A stretch of 64,000 nucleotides of DNA from an uncultured Acidobacteriota bacterium. GTDB taxonomy: Bacteria; Acidobacteriota; Vicinamibacteria; Fen-336. The translations under genes and the position numbers were made by a program. Positions within the stretch are counted from its first letter, which is position 1. Every line of letters begins with the position of its first letter. Below are positions 21,177 through 33,554 of this stretch, piece by piece. The stretch is from NCBI GenBank assembly GCA_963720545.1, contig OY970399.1:2656001-2720000 (forward strand), given 5' to 3'. The notes under the pieces were generated by a model, which was not told the DNA's origin, did not search any database, and saw nothing but the letters and a program-made list of their open reading frames with translations.

Positions 21177-24043
21177 ATGCGAGCGATGCTGCGGCTGCCG
21201 TTTTCGTTGTTCGTGGCGCTCGCGCTGGTCGCGGCGCCGGCATTTGCCCAGGTGTTCACCGGCCGCATCGACGCCGAGGTCCGCGACGCCAGCGGTGCCG
21301 CGATGCCCGGCGTGAACGTCGAACTGTCGCGGGCCGCTCAACGGCACCGCCTCCACCGACGCGCTTGGCCAGGCGCACTTCCTGAACCTGCCGGTCGGCA
21401 CCTACAAGGTGTCGGCGGCGCTCAGCGGCTTCGCCACCTACACCGCGTCCTCGGTCTCGGTGAGCGCCGGCAGCGCGGTGCCGCTTGCGCATCGCCATGA
21501 AGGTTTCCGCGCGCAGCGAGGAGGTCGAGGTCACGGCCGAGGCGCCGCTCATCGACAACAAGAAGCAGAGCACCGGCGTCAGCATCAGCAAGGAAGAGCT
21601 GGCCGAGATCCCCACCTCGCGCGACCCGCTTTCGATCGTGCAGAACGTGCCGTCGGTGGTCACCGACCGCATCAACGTCGGCGGCTCCGAGTCGGGCGGC
21701 CGCGCCAACTACTTCGCCAAGGGCGCGTCGAACCAGGACAACACCGTCAACCTCGACGGCGTCTCGCTGCAGGACGGCGGCTACGAGTACGCGCTCGGCC
21801 GCGTCGACTTCGACTCGTTCCAGGAAGTGCAGGTCACGACCGGCGGCGCCACCACCACCAACCCGAGCCCCGGCGTGCAGGTCAACTACGTCCTGAAGCA
21901 GGGCGAGAACGTGCCGCACGGCTCGGCGCGCATCTATTTCGACAACGACAGCCTGCAGAGCAACAACGTCACGCCCGAGTACGCCGCGGTCATTGGCCAC
22001 GACAAGGGCAACCGCATCGACCGCTACATGGACTACGGCTTCGAGATGGGCGGGCCCATCGTCAAGGACAAGGCCTGGTTCTGGGGCAGCGCCTCGAAGA
22101 TGGACCTGAAGCAGAAGGACCTGGCCGGCAACCCGGCGCGCACCACCATCAAGAGCTACGCGTTCAAGTCGGCGTGGCAGGCGACGCCGGCCATCCGCCC
22201 CTCGTTCACGTTCTTCCGCAGCTCCGGCGGACCGCGCGCGCTGGGCCTGTCGCCGGCGCGTCCGCCGGAAACGGCCCTCATCATCGACGCGCCGATCTCG
22301 CTCTACAAGGTGCAGAGCGACTTCGTGCTGGCGAAGAACCTGTTCCTCACGGCGCGGCTGTCGAAGTTCAACGCCAGCCAGAACTACACGCCCGCCGGCG
22401 GCATCGACAAGAACGTGGTGCTCGACTCGAGCGGCGTGTGGTCGGGTTCCTTCTTCTACGGCACCTCGGAGCGCCCGCAGACCGCGGCGGTCGTCGACGG
22501 CAGTTGGTTCAAGGGCAAGCACGAGTTCAAGTTCGGCTTCTCGTATCGCAGCACGCCCATCACCTCGTCCTCCAAGATCGCGAGCGACGGCCAGAAGATC
22601 TGGACCTTCCGCCTCGGCAGCTTCGCGCAGGACGGCGCCATGCTCGGCCAGGTGAAGCGCGACTGGAAGAGCGACACCACCGGCCACTTCGGCAGCGCCT
22701 GGGTGGGCGACACGCTGGTGTTCAACCGCGCCACCGTCAACCTCGCGCTGCGCTTCGACCGCAGCACCGGCTCCATCAACGAGGTCACCGTCCCGGCCGT
22801 GCCCAACGAGTCGCTGCTGCCCAGCGTCACCGCGCCCGGCATCGACGCCGCCCTCAAGTACAACACGCTGTCGCCGCGCATCGGCGTGTCCTACGCGCTC
22901 GACGAAAACCGCAAGACGCTGGTGCGCGCCAGCTACGGCATGCTCTCGAGCCTGCTCAAGACCCGCGACGTCCGCGCGCTCTCGGGCATCACCTACTCGG
23001 GCGTCTACTACTTCGCGATCGACGCCAACCACGACGGCATGGCGCAGCGCTCCGAGTTCCAGGGCGGGCCCATCGGCTTCTACGGCTTCGACCCGTCGAA
23101 CCCGGCCTCCGCGGCGAAGAGCGTCAACCGCATCGACCCCAACCTGAAGACGCCGCGCACCCACGAGATCGTGCTGGGCATCGACCGCGAGCTGATGTCG
23201 AGGTGGCGGTCAACGCCTCCTTCACCTACCGGCGCTTCACCAACGTCACCTGGAAGCCGCTCATCGGCGTGCGCTCCGGCGACTACGTGCGCGGCGCCGA
23301 CATCACCGGCACCTTGTTCGGCGAGTCCTACAGCGTGCCCTACTACGGGCTGCCCGCCGACAAGCTGCCGGTTGGCAACGGCCACGAGCTCGTGAACCGC
23401 GAGGGCTATCACCAGCGCTACATGGGCTTCGAGGTGTCGGCCACCAAGCGCCTCGCAAATCACTGGATGGCGCGCGTCGGCTTCTCGACCAACTCGCACA
23501 ACGAGTACTTCGACGACCCGTGCAACAGCCATCGACGACCCGACGCCGTCGCCGGAGTCGCCCGGCATCGACGGCGGCCCGGTGGTGTTCTCGATCCTCA
23601 AGGGCTCGGTGGGCAGCGGCACCTCGTACATCGTCCAGCCGAAGTACCAGTTCATCGCCAACGGGCTCTACCAGGCGCCGTGGGGCATCAACCTCTCGGC
23701 GAACCTGCTGGTCCGCCAGGGCTACGCGATCCCGTACTACATCCACACCGTGGACCGGGTGCAGGGCAACTTCCCGCCGCAGAAGAACGTGCTCGTCGCC
23801 TCGAGCGTCGACCAGTTCCGCCTCGGCGCGCTGTCGATCCTCGACGCGCGCATCTCGAAGAGCGTGAAGCTCGGCCACGGCGTGCAGGCGGCGCTCGACC
23901 TCGACGCCTTCAACCTGCTCAACAAGTCGACGGTGCTGGCGCGCCAGCCCGACCAGAGCCTGGTGGGCGCCACCGGCTTCAACAGCATCCAGGAGATCGT
24001 CAGCCCGCGCATCGTGCGCCTCGGGCTGCGCCTCAATTTCTAG
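21177..24043 (+). CDS. TonB-dependent-receptor-like (Oar-type) outer-membrane protein with N-terminal carboxypeptidase-regulatory-like domain; frameshifted
   Basis: Signal peptide AFAQ, DASGAAMPGV, VEVTAEAPLID, DSFQEVQVTTGG, GGPIVKDKAWF, terminal PRIVRLGLRLNF. Confidence 0.85.
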
Positions 24044-24074
24044 ACCGACGCCGTCTGGCCGCAGACTTGGCGGT

Positions 24075-26255
24075 GTGAAAGGTATCGTCGGCGTCGCGTT
24101 TGCGGCGGTTCTCTGCGTCGCTTTCGCGGGGTGCCGTCGCGACGGGGCAGGCGGGGTCGCCATCAAGGGCCCCATCGTCCTCGTGTCGATCGACACGCTG
24201 CGCGCCGATCATCTTGCGGCGTACGGCTACCGCAAGTGGCCAGACGCCGGCGATCGACGCGTTCGCGCGCGACGCCGTGGTCTTCGAGCGGGCGTATTCG
24301 CATTCGCCGCAGACGCTGCCGGCGCATGCCTCCATCCTTTCCGGCCGGCTGCCGTTCGAGCACGGCGTGCGCGACAACGTCGGCTTCACCGTGAAGCCTG
24401 GGCGAGGAGCTGCTGCCGGCGCTCCTCAAGCGCAGTGGCTGGGCTTCCGCCGGTTTCGTGTCGGCGTACGTGCTGCGCAAGGAAACCGGCATCGGCCAGG
24501 GCTTCGACGTCTTCGACAGCAACCTGCCCGCGGCCTCGGGCGAGTCTTCCTTCGGCCAGATCCAGCGCAAGGGCGAGGACACGCTCGCCGCCGCGCGCGC
24601 CTGGCTGTCTGGCAGCGCGCGACCCGCGGTTCTTCCTGTTCTTCCACGTCTACGAGCCGCACAAGCCCTACGAACCGCCGGCCCGATTCGCTGCGCTTGC
24701 GCCTTATGACGGCGAGATCGCCGCGGCCGATGAGTCGTTCGGCGGGCTGCTGCAGAGCCTGCGCGACCTCGGCCTCTACGACCGGGCGCTGATCGTGCTG
24801 CTCGCCGACCACGGCGAGGGGCTCGGCGACCACGGCGAGCAGGAACACGGCCTCTTCCTCTACAACGAGACGATCCGCGTGCCGCTCCTCGTCAAGCTGC
24901 CGCAGGCGCGGGGTGGCGGACGGCGAGTCACTGCCACGGTGCAGCACATCGACCTGGTGCCGACGCTCCTCGACATGGCTGGCGTTGCGCCGCCTTCAGG
25001 GTCGGCCTTGCAGGGTCGCTCGCTGCGGCCGCTCCTCGAAGGGACGCAGACGGCGCTTCGCGAGCCCGTGGTCTATTCCGAGGCGTTTTACTCCCGCTTC
25101 CACTTCGGCTGGAGCGAGCTGTACGCGCTCACCGACTCGCGCTACCGCTACATCCGCGCGCCGAAGGACGAGCTGTACGACCTCGAGTCCGACTTCGCCG
25201 AGCGCAACAACCTCTCGGCGGCCCAGCCGCAGACCCGCACCGCCATGCGCGCGGCGCTCGCGGCAAGTCTCGCTGGTTCGAAAGCCGAAGGGCCGGGCCA
25301 GGTCTCCGCCGAGGATCGCGAGCGGCTGGCGGCGCTCGGTTACGTCGGCGGCACCGCAGCCTCGATGGATGCCGATGCCGATACGCTCGCCGACCCGAAG
25401 GACAAGGTGCGCATCCTGGAGGCGTATCGCGAGGCGTCGGCGCTGGCGGGCCAGCGCCGCTTCGCCGAGGCGCTGCCGCTCTACCGCAAGATCCTGGCCG
25501 ACGATCCGGGGATGTCGGACGTATGGCTACAACTGGCGCAGGTCAGCCAGCGAGCCGGCGACGATGCGGGCGCCGCCGGCGCCTTTAAGCGCGCGCTGGC
25601 GCTGACGCCGAACGATTCCGGGGCGGTACTGGCGCTTGGCAACCTGCTGCTGCGGCTGCGCCGGCTCGACGACGCTGAGGCTCATGCGCGCCTCGCCCTG
25701 AAGCCCGCTCCGGCCGCAGCCCACGAACTGCTGGCGCGGATCGCCCTCGTGCGCGGCGACGGCGCCGGCGCCGAACGCGAAGCGGCGCTCGCGCACGCCG
25801 CCGACCCCACGCTGCCGCTGCCGCTCTACGTCAAGGGGCTGCGCCTCCATCACGCCGGCCGCTTCGCCGAGGCGCTGCCGGCGTTCCAGGAGGCAATCGC
25901 GCTGCTCGCGGGCCGCACCATCCAGTTGAACGGGCTGCACTACTACACCGGCGACACTCTCGCGCAGCTGAACCGCTACGCCGAGGCCGAAGCCGAGTTC
26001 GACAAGGAGCTGGCGCTCTTCCCGGACAACCTCAACGCGCGGGCCTCGCTCGCCATGCTGAACGTCGCAACCGGCCGCGAGGAGCGCGTGCGCAAGTCGA
26101 TCGACGACATCCTGCGCAGCGCCCCCACGCCCGAAGGCTACGCACTCGCCGAGGAGCTTTGGACCATGTTCAAGGCGCCCGACGAGGCGCGGGCCGTGGC
26201 TCTGGCCGCGAACCGCCGCTTCGGGCCTGGCTGGCGCAAGCGAGCGCCACATTAG
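24075..26255 (+). CDS. Sulfatase/alkaline-phosphatase-superfamily hydrolase with C-terminal TPR repeats (lipoprotein); frameshifted
   Basis: Lipobox [54 protein letters not shown], then TPR-like helices. Confidence 0.85.
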   Translation: MKGIVGVAFAAVLCVAFAGCRRDGAGGVAIKGPIVLVSIDTLRADHLAAYGYRKWPDAGDRRVRARRRGLRAGVFAFAADAAGACLHPFRPAAVRARRARQRRLHREAWARSCCRRSSSAVAGLPPVSCRRTCCARKPASARASTSSTATCPRPRASLPSARSSARARTRSPPRAPGCLAARDPRFFLFFHVYEPHKPYEPPARFAALAPYDGEIAAADESFGGLLQSLRDLGLYDRALIVLLADHGEGLGDHGEQEHGLFLYNETIRVPLLVKLPQARGGGRRVTATVQHIDLVPTLLDMAGVAPPSGSALQGRSLRPLLEGTQTALREPVVYSEAFYSRFHFGWSELYALTDSRYRYIRAPKDELYDLESDFAERNNLSAAQPQTRTAMRAALAASLAGSKAEGPGQVSAEDRERLAALGYVGGTAASMDADADTLADPKDKVRILEAYREASALAGQRRFAEALPLYRKILADDPGMSDVWLQLAQVSQRAGDDAGAAGAFKRALALTPNDSGAVLALGNLLLRLRRLDDAEAHARLALKPAPAAAHELLARIALVRGDGAGAEREAALAHAADPTLPLPLYVKGLRLHHAGRFAEALPAFQEAIALLAGRTIQLNGLHYYTGDTLAQLNRYAEAEAEFDKELALFPDNLNARASLAMLNVATGREERVRKSIDDILRSAPTPEGYALAEELWTMFKAPDEARAVALAANRRFGPGWRKRAPH

Positions 26256-26275
26256 TTTCTGCTAGCGTCCCTTTC

Positions 26276-28228
<1,953 letters not shown>

Positions 28229-28246
28229 CCCATAGCTCGAAGGTCC

Positions 28247-28369
28247 GCGAGTGGTCCTGCGCGCGGGCTTCGGGCTCAGTGGAAGATCTGTCGCCCTCAC
28301 TCGTCGGCCCGCGACATAGAACGCCCTTCTGAGTTCGCGGCCTCCACGCCCGCGCTCCGAACCACTCGC
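28247..28369. repeat. Long imperfect hairpin downstream of acs (REP/MITE-like or terminator-like)
   Basis: Nested arms GCGAGTGGT/ACCACTCGC (28247/28361), GCGCGGGC/GCCCGCGC (28261/28348), CTCAG/CTGAG and GTCGC/GCGAC. Confidence 0.5.
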
Positions 28370-28528
28370 CGTCCTCTACGTCTCGCCGAAGTCTGAGAGC
28401 TCCTTGCGCTTGCCCGAAGAATTTTCAGCCTGTCTAGCAGTCAAAGTACTGCTCGACACCCCAAAAACCCCTCCATCGCCGCGACGCTGAACGCCATTGA
28501 CTGGAGTTCGCGGCCTAACGGACATAGT

Positions 28529-28550
28529 CAACTGCGTCCGGACGCAGTTG
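28529..28550. repeat. Perfect 22-bp palindrome CAACTGCGTCCGGACGCAGTTG (left copy)
   Basis: Read directly. Shares its 18-bp core with 29255-29278. Confidence 0.9.
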
Positions 28551-28578
28551 CGTTACCAATCGGAACACTGGCTCCGAC

Positions 28579-28634
28579 GAGATCCCTCGGTCGCAGCGCA
28601 AGCGATGGGCTCCTTGGGAAAACGGGAGGGTTAC
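28579..28634 (+). repeat. Left arm of ~57-bp inverted repeat flanking the DUF4440 gene
   Basis: GAGATCCCTCGGTCGCAGCGC-AAGCGATGGGCTCCTTGGGAAAACGG-GAGGGTTAC. The first 21 nt are the exact reverse complement of 29158-29178. Confidence 0.9.
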
Positions 28635-29092
28635 TTACACGCGGGGCATGATGGGCAGCCGTGGTCGAAGATGATGCGCCACTTGCCGTCCTTCTCCTTG
28701 CGCCAGACCGAGTTGTAGGTGCCAGTGCGCGTGCCGTCCGTGTCGTAGACCGGGCCGGTCGAGAAGCCGATGTCGCCGGAGGTTCCTACGGCGACGTCCT
28801 TCGGTCCCCATGAGAACTGCGCCTTCGGACCCTCGAAGAGCGACTTCCATTCCGCCGCCACGGCGTCGCGGCCGCGCACGGCGCCCTTGCCGCCCCAGAA
28901 GACGGCTTCCTCCGAAAGCAGGGCAGTGAACGCGACGTGGTCGCGGTCGGCCATCGTCTTCGCGAACGCCGTTTCGGCGGCGCGTACTTCTTCGGCAAGC
29001 GCTTCGTTTGATGGCGCGTCTGCCGCGTGCGCTATCACAGTGCTGCTGGCAACGAGAGCTAATGCGAATCCAATCAAGGACTTGAACGTCAT
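28631..29092 (-). CDS. Exported SnoaL/NTF2-like (DUF4440/YybH) protein
   Basis: GGAGG RBS and signal peptide. EVRAAETAFAK...RGRDAV...SGDIGFSTG...YNSVWRKEKDGKWRIIFDHG. Confidence 0.88.
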   Translation of the reverse strand: MTFKSLIGFALALVASSTVIAHAADAPSNEALAEEVRAAETAFAKTMADRDHVAFTALLSEEAVFWGGKGAVRGRDAVAAEWKSLFEGPKAQFSWGPKDVAVGTSGDIGFSTGPVYDTDGTRTGTYNSVWRKEKDGKWRIIFDHGCPSCPACK

Positions 29093-29120
29093 GATGCCTC
29101 CGTTTTCGAAGGAGCCAAGC

Positions 29121-29178
29121 GTAACCGCATTCCGTTTTCCCGAGGAGTGGATCGCTGGCGCTGCGACCGAGGGATCTC
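29121..29178 (-). repeat. Right arm of ~57-bp inverted repeat flanking the DUF4440 gene
   Basis: Reverse complement reads GAGATCCCTCGGTCGCAGCGC-CAGCGATCCACTCCTCGGGAAAACGG-AATGCGGTTAC. Confidence 0.9.
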
Positions 29179-29254
29179 TTCTGACCAATACTCAGGCCAT
29201 GAGTACGACGTCCTCATCGGGTGAGTATGGGCTCGCAACTCGACCGTGCTGGGG

Positions 29255-29278
29255 GTTACTGCGTCCGGACGCAGTAAC
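29255..29278. repeat. Perfect 24-bp palindrome GTTACTGCGTCCGGACGCAGTAAC (right copy)
   Basis: Read directly. Confidence 0.9.
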
Positions 29279-29403
29279 ACCTCCGGAGGAAGTAACAGCA
29301 GATCGGTAGACGGCAACAACGGACGACGACGCAAGCGCCCGGGGAAACCGAGGAAGGGAAATCGACGGATTGGACGGGGACGGGAGGCCAATCCGTCGAT
29401 GAG

Positions 29404-30914
29404 CTAGCGAAACAAACGCGACGCGAACTCGATGAAGTTGCGGCGCCAGACTGGCCAGGCGTGGGCGCCGGCGGTTTCGTGGTACTCGTGGCGGAGCTTG
29501 CGGTCGTCGAGCCAGGCGTGCAGGCGGCGGTTCATGCCGATGAGGTGGTCGTCGGTGCCGCAGGCGAGGTAGAGGAGGCGGCGCTCTGGCGCCGGTCGTC
29601 GGCGGCGCCGGCAGCTGCAGGTCGGCGGTGAAATCGTCGTCGAGCCCGCCGGTGCTGAAGGCGCCGACCCAGGCGAAGAGCTCGGGGTGACGAAGACCGG
29701 CGAGCAGCGATTCGAAACCGCCCATCGAGAGGCCGGCGACGGCGCGATCCGAGGCGCTGGTCGAGGTTCTATAGGCAGACTCGACCGCCGGCACTACTTC
29801 GTCGATCAGGGTCCGCAGGAAGAGCGAATAGCTGCGGCGGCGCAGCGCGAGTGTCGCGCAGCCCTGAGTCCCTCACGATGTCCATCGTGCCGTAGCCGAG
29901 CGGCATCACCACGATCATCGGCACCGCGCGTTTGCTGGCGATGAGGTTGTCGAGGATGACGTGCGCACGGCCCACCGCCGACCAGCCGCTCGCGTCGTCG
30001 CTGAACCCGTGGAGCAGGTACAGCACCGGCAAACGCCCGTTGTCCTGCGCTCCGTACCCGGGCGGCGTGTACACGAAGTACTCGCGGCTGTCGCCGGCGG
30101 CCGCCGAGCGGTACGTGTGGCGGTGCAGCGTGCCGTGGGGGACGTCCTGGACCTCCCAGTCCCGCGGCGGGGTGCCAGGCACCAGCACGGCGCTGCTCTG
30201 CGACAGCAGGTTCGGGTAGTACTCGGGGTTGCCCGGATCGGTGAGCGCCACGCCGTCAACGAGGAAGTGGTAGCCGTAGAGGTCTGGTTCGAGCGGGCCG
30301 GTCGTGACGCTCCACAGCGCACCGGCTTTCGTCATGGGTACCGCCTTGCCCTCGAGCTCGAGCTCGACTACCTGGGCGCTTGGCGCCGCCAGGCGAAACG
30401 TGACCCGGCCGTCGGGCAAGGGCTCGGGCGACGATGGTGCCGCGGCCAGTGCGGCCGTCTCGGGTCGTGACGCGGGATGCCACATGAGATGCGTGATCCG
30501 CCAGCGATTCTCCGCGCGCCTGAGACCCATGACGTAGACGTCGTCGAGACGCCGCGGCGTTCCGCCCTGCCGCGGCACGAGACGGCCGCCGTTGCGGCCG
30601 CGAATCAGCGCCGTGCTGCCGCTCACGCAGATCTCGTCGAGCCGCGGCTCGATCGCGGGTGCGAAGTCGTGGAAGAGCCCCTCGTAGCGCGGCCGGATCG
30701 CGTCGATGCCGACGACCGGCGCCTCGTTGGGCGGCAGCAGCACGGCATCGGGGGCGTAACTCGCAAGCACCGCCGCCAGATCGCGGCGGTTGTCGGCGGC
30801 GACGATGCCCTCGGCCACCGCCCGCGCTGCAGCCACCGCGGGGTCCGAGGGCGGCGCGCACGCCGAGCCCTCGGCCGCGGCAGCGAGCGCTACCGCGGCC
30901 AGGACCCCAAGCAT
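29404..30914 (-). CDS. Exported fusion: SnoaL/DUF4440 domain + CBM48-like Ig domain + esterase (alpha/beta hydrolase); frameshifted near 3' end
   Basis: Signal peptide, YAPDAVLLPPNEAPVVG, DGRVTFRLAAPSA, VPHGTLH...VYTPPGY...PVLYLLHG, AGLSMGG, GAHAW. ATG overlaps the upstream TGA. Confidence 0.8.
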
Positions 30915-33538
30915 CAGAAAGCGACGCCGGTCTTGATGTAGAAGCCGATGCGGCCTTCGCTCTTGGCGACCGACAGGGTCACCGAGTTGCGGCGGTTGGG
31001 GGAGGCGAACCACAGGCCGCCGCCGACGCCGTTGTGCCACTTGTTCGAGTCTTCGCCCTTCAGGTAGACGCGGCCGACGTCGTAGAGGCCGAGGATGCCG
31101 ATCTCGCCGGGAACGAAGATGAACGCGTTGCCGAGAGCCACGCGCAGCTCCGCGTTGCCGTAGACGACGCCGTCGCCGGCATAGCGCTGCGGGCGCAGGC
31201 CGCGGATCACGCCCGGATCGTCGCCGAGGCCGCCGATCGAGCTGACCGAACGGCCGCCGAGGAACGCCGACTCGAAGTAGGGGAAGTCGCCGAACACCTT
31301 CTTGCCGCCGCCGCGCAGCATGAGGATCACCTTGCCGGGGACCGACGGGCTCAGGTACGCGGCGAGCTCGCCGTGCAGCTCGCCGAACGAGTCCTCGATG
31401 TCGAGCGCCTCCGGGTAAGCGTGGCCGCCCGCCCAGAACTTGATGCCGCGGCTGGGCCACGCGGGCTTGTCGGTGGTGTCGATGCGCGCCTCGAAGCCGG
31501 CGCCGATCTGCGCGACGCTGTCAACAGTCAGTGCCGGCGGTATGAACCCGTTGGTTCCCGGGTTGCTGAAGGCCGGGTCGAACACCGGGTTGTCCTTCGG
31601 CTCGGTGTTGGTCCACTTGAAGACCGGCTCGAGCGACAGCTCGAGCTTGCCGATCGGGAAGACGACGCGCGGCGCCACCAGGAACTGATCGTTCTCGATC
31701 TTGCTGTTCTTGTCGGGCTCGATCTTGGGCGTCTCGTTGCCGAAGCCGTAGAAACGCAGGATGTCGTAGCCGGAGCCGAGTGCCGTGAGGCCGAGGCGCA
31801 CGTTCGAGTTCTCGAGGCGCTTGTCGAAGTCGTAGACGCCGCGGAACGCCTTCACCGTGCTCGAGAAGCTGAGGCTGAAGTGGTGGCGGGCCGAGAATGG
31901 GTCCTTGCGGAAGGCGTAACTCGTCGAGGTCAGCGAGGCCGTCAGGATGGCGCCGTAGTCGGTGCCGCCGGTGAGGCGCAGTTGCTTGATGGTGCGCCGG
32001 CCCCAGTCGCGCGCCGGGATCCAGGCGCCGCTCTTGTTGGCCGGCGGCGGGACGTAGTCGCTCTGGTCCCACTTCGTGCCCTTGCCTGTGAGCACGCGGT
32101 CTTCGCTGCCCGAGGCGTACGCCTTGGTGCGGCCGCCGCCGGTGTCGTCCACCACGTCAGCGCCGTCACCGCCCACCGCGCGCACCAGGATGCCGCCGGT
32201 GTCGCCCTTGGTGACCACCTTGTCGTTGCCGCCGAACAGCAGCAGCCGGATCTCGTCGGTCTCGTTCTTGTGGAACGTGCGCTTGAAGTACGGATCCTGG
32301 CCTTCCGCGCCCAGTGTCACGGTGACGTCGCCCGAAGGCGCGCGCTCGACGTTCGCCACCTCCGCTGCGTCGGTCGCGTAGATGTCCACCTTCTGCGAGA
32401 GGAACTTGTAGAACTTCATCGCCTGGTGGTCCACTTCGTCGCGGCGCTGGCGCAGCCCCTTGATGGTGAAGGCGCCGTTTTTCACGAAATATTCGGGCGG
32501 CATGCGGCGCGCCGCCTCCTCGATCACCGCATCGGTGATCGAGGCCTTCACCTTCGCCGCCTCTTCGACGAACGCCTCGCGCTCGAGGTCGGCGAGCAGG
32601 CGGCGATCCACGTCCCAGCCGTCGAAGGTGAGCCCGTCCATGCTCGAGAAGTCGTCGCTGAAGTTGACGAGCAGCGGCAGCCCCTGGCGGAAGATGCCGA
32701 TGACGAAGCCGTCGAACTTCACGTAGGCCTGGTCGCGGTCTTCAGGGATGGGGATGAAACGGTCGTTGCCCGCGATCTTGGCCCAACGCCACTGGTTGCG
32801 GTGGCGGTCCCAGTCGCCGATCATCATGTCCACGAGCCGCGCGCGCAGGTAGGCGCGCGAATCGACGCGCACCGCCGGGCTCTCGCGCAGCCGCTGCCAG
32901 AGCTCCTCGCCGTCGATATTTTCCTCGGCCGCGACGATGCCCTTGCTGCCGCCGAACTCCTCGATGTCGCCCAGCTGGCCGGCGAATTCCTTCTGGTACT
33001 CGCCGAGCGCCTCGTCGTCGGGCACGATCACGAGGTGCGGATCGTTGTGCACCACGTCCACCGCCTTCAGCAGCGGCGCCACCATGGTGTGGCCGGCGGG
33101 ATGCCCGGACGCCATCTGGTCGGTGACGAACTTGCGGGCAAAGGTTTCGCGCAACTCAACCGGTAGCAGGCCGCTCGGGTCCTTGAGAATCGGGCGGAAA
33201 GTGTAGAGCCGGCCGTCGCCGCCCTTGAACGCGAGGCCGCGGCTCTGGCCGTGGCCGACGATGCGCGTCGGCTTGAGGCCGCCGGCGTAAGTCTGCAGGT
33301 TCAGGACGTCGGCCTTGAAAGGCGTCAGCCACAAGTCGCGGTAGTTGCTGCCGAAGAGGAAGCGGTAGAGGCCGCCCTTCTTGTAGCGAGCACCAGCCAC
33401 CACCGTGCGCGTCTCGCCGCCGGGCGCTGGCGATGCCGCCGCTTCGGGTGCCTGCGGCGCCGCAAAGGCTGCGGTGCCGGCAGGGATGAACGTGACGAAC
33501 GTAAGGACGGCAAGGACGGCCGGAATGATGCGCTTCAT
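30914..33538 (-). CDS. Outer-membrane protein: N-terminal atypical-kinase-like domain + C-terminal Omp85/BamA-type beta-barrel
   Basis: Signal peptide. Kinase-like motifs VGHGQSRG, IGDWDRHRNQW and PIPEDRDQA. C-terminal barrel signature IRGLRPQRYAGD...NAELR...LYDVGRV...GVGGG, ending GFYIKTGVAF. Confidence 0.75.
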   Translation of the reverse strand: MKRIIPAVLAVLTFVTFIPAGTAAFAAPQAPEAAASPAPGGETRTVVAGARYKKGGLYRFLFGSNYRDLWLTPFKADVLNLQTYAGGLKPTRIVGHGQSRGLAFKGGDGRLYTFRPILKDPSGLLPVELRETFARKFVTDQMASGHPAGHTMVAPLLKAVDVVHNDPHLVIVPDDEALGEYQKEFAGQLGDIEEFGGSKGIVAAEENIDGEELWQRLRESPAVRVDSRAYLRARLVDMMIGDWDRHRNQWRWAKIAGNDRFIPIPEDRDQAYVKFDGFVIGIFRQGLPLLVNFSDDFSSMDGLTFDGWDVDRRLLADLEREAFVEEAAKVKASITDAVIEEAARRMPPEYFVKNGAFTIKGLRQRRDEVDHQAMKFYKFLSQKVDIYATDAAEVANVERAPSGDVTVTLGAEGQDPYFKRTFHKNETDEIRLLLFGGNDKVVTKGDTGGILVRAVGGDGADVVDDTGGGRTKAYASGSEDRVLTGKGTKWDQSDYVPPPANKSGAWIPARDWGRRTIKQLRLTGGTDYGAILTASLTSTSYAFRKDPFSARHHFSLSFSSTVKAFRGVYDFDKRLENSNVRLGLTALGSGYDILRFYGFGNETPKIEPDKNSKIENDQFLVAPRVVFPIGKLELSLEPVFKWTNTEPKDNPVFDPAFSNPGTNGFIPPALTVDSVAQIGAGFEARIDTTDKPAWPSRGIKFWAGGHAYPEALDIEDSFGELHGELAAYLSPSVPGKVILMLRGGGKKVFGDFPYFESAFLGGRSVSSIGGLGDDPGVIRGLRPQRYAGDGVVYGNAELRVALGNAFIFVPGEIGILGLYDVGRVYLKGEDSNKWHNGVGGGLWFASPNRRNSVTLSVAKSEGRIGFYIKTGVAF

Positions 33539-33554
33539 AGTGGGCAACCTCTAA

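Noticed and set aside
28513..28636. Integron attC site (GCCTAAC at 28513; gene stop inside a TAAC)
   Set aside because: No matching RYYYAAC/GTTRRRY pair enclosing an attC-type hairpin, no integrase, and the repeats are inverted rather than tandem.
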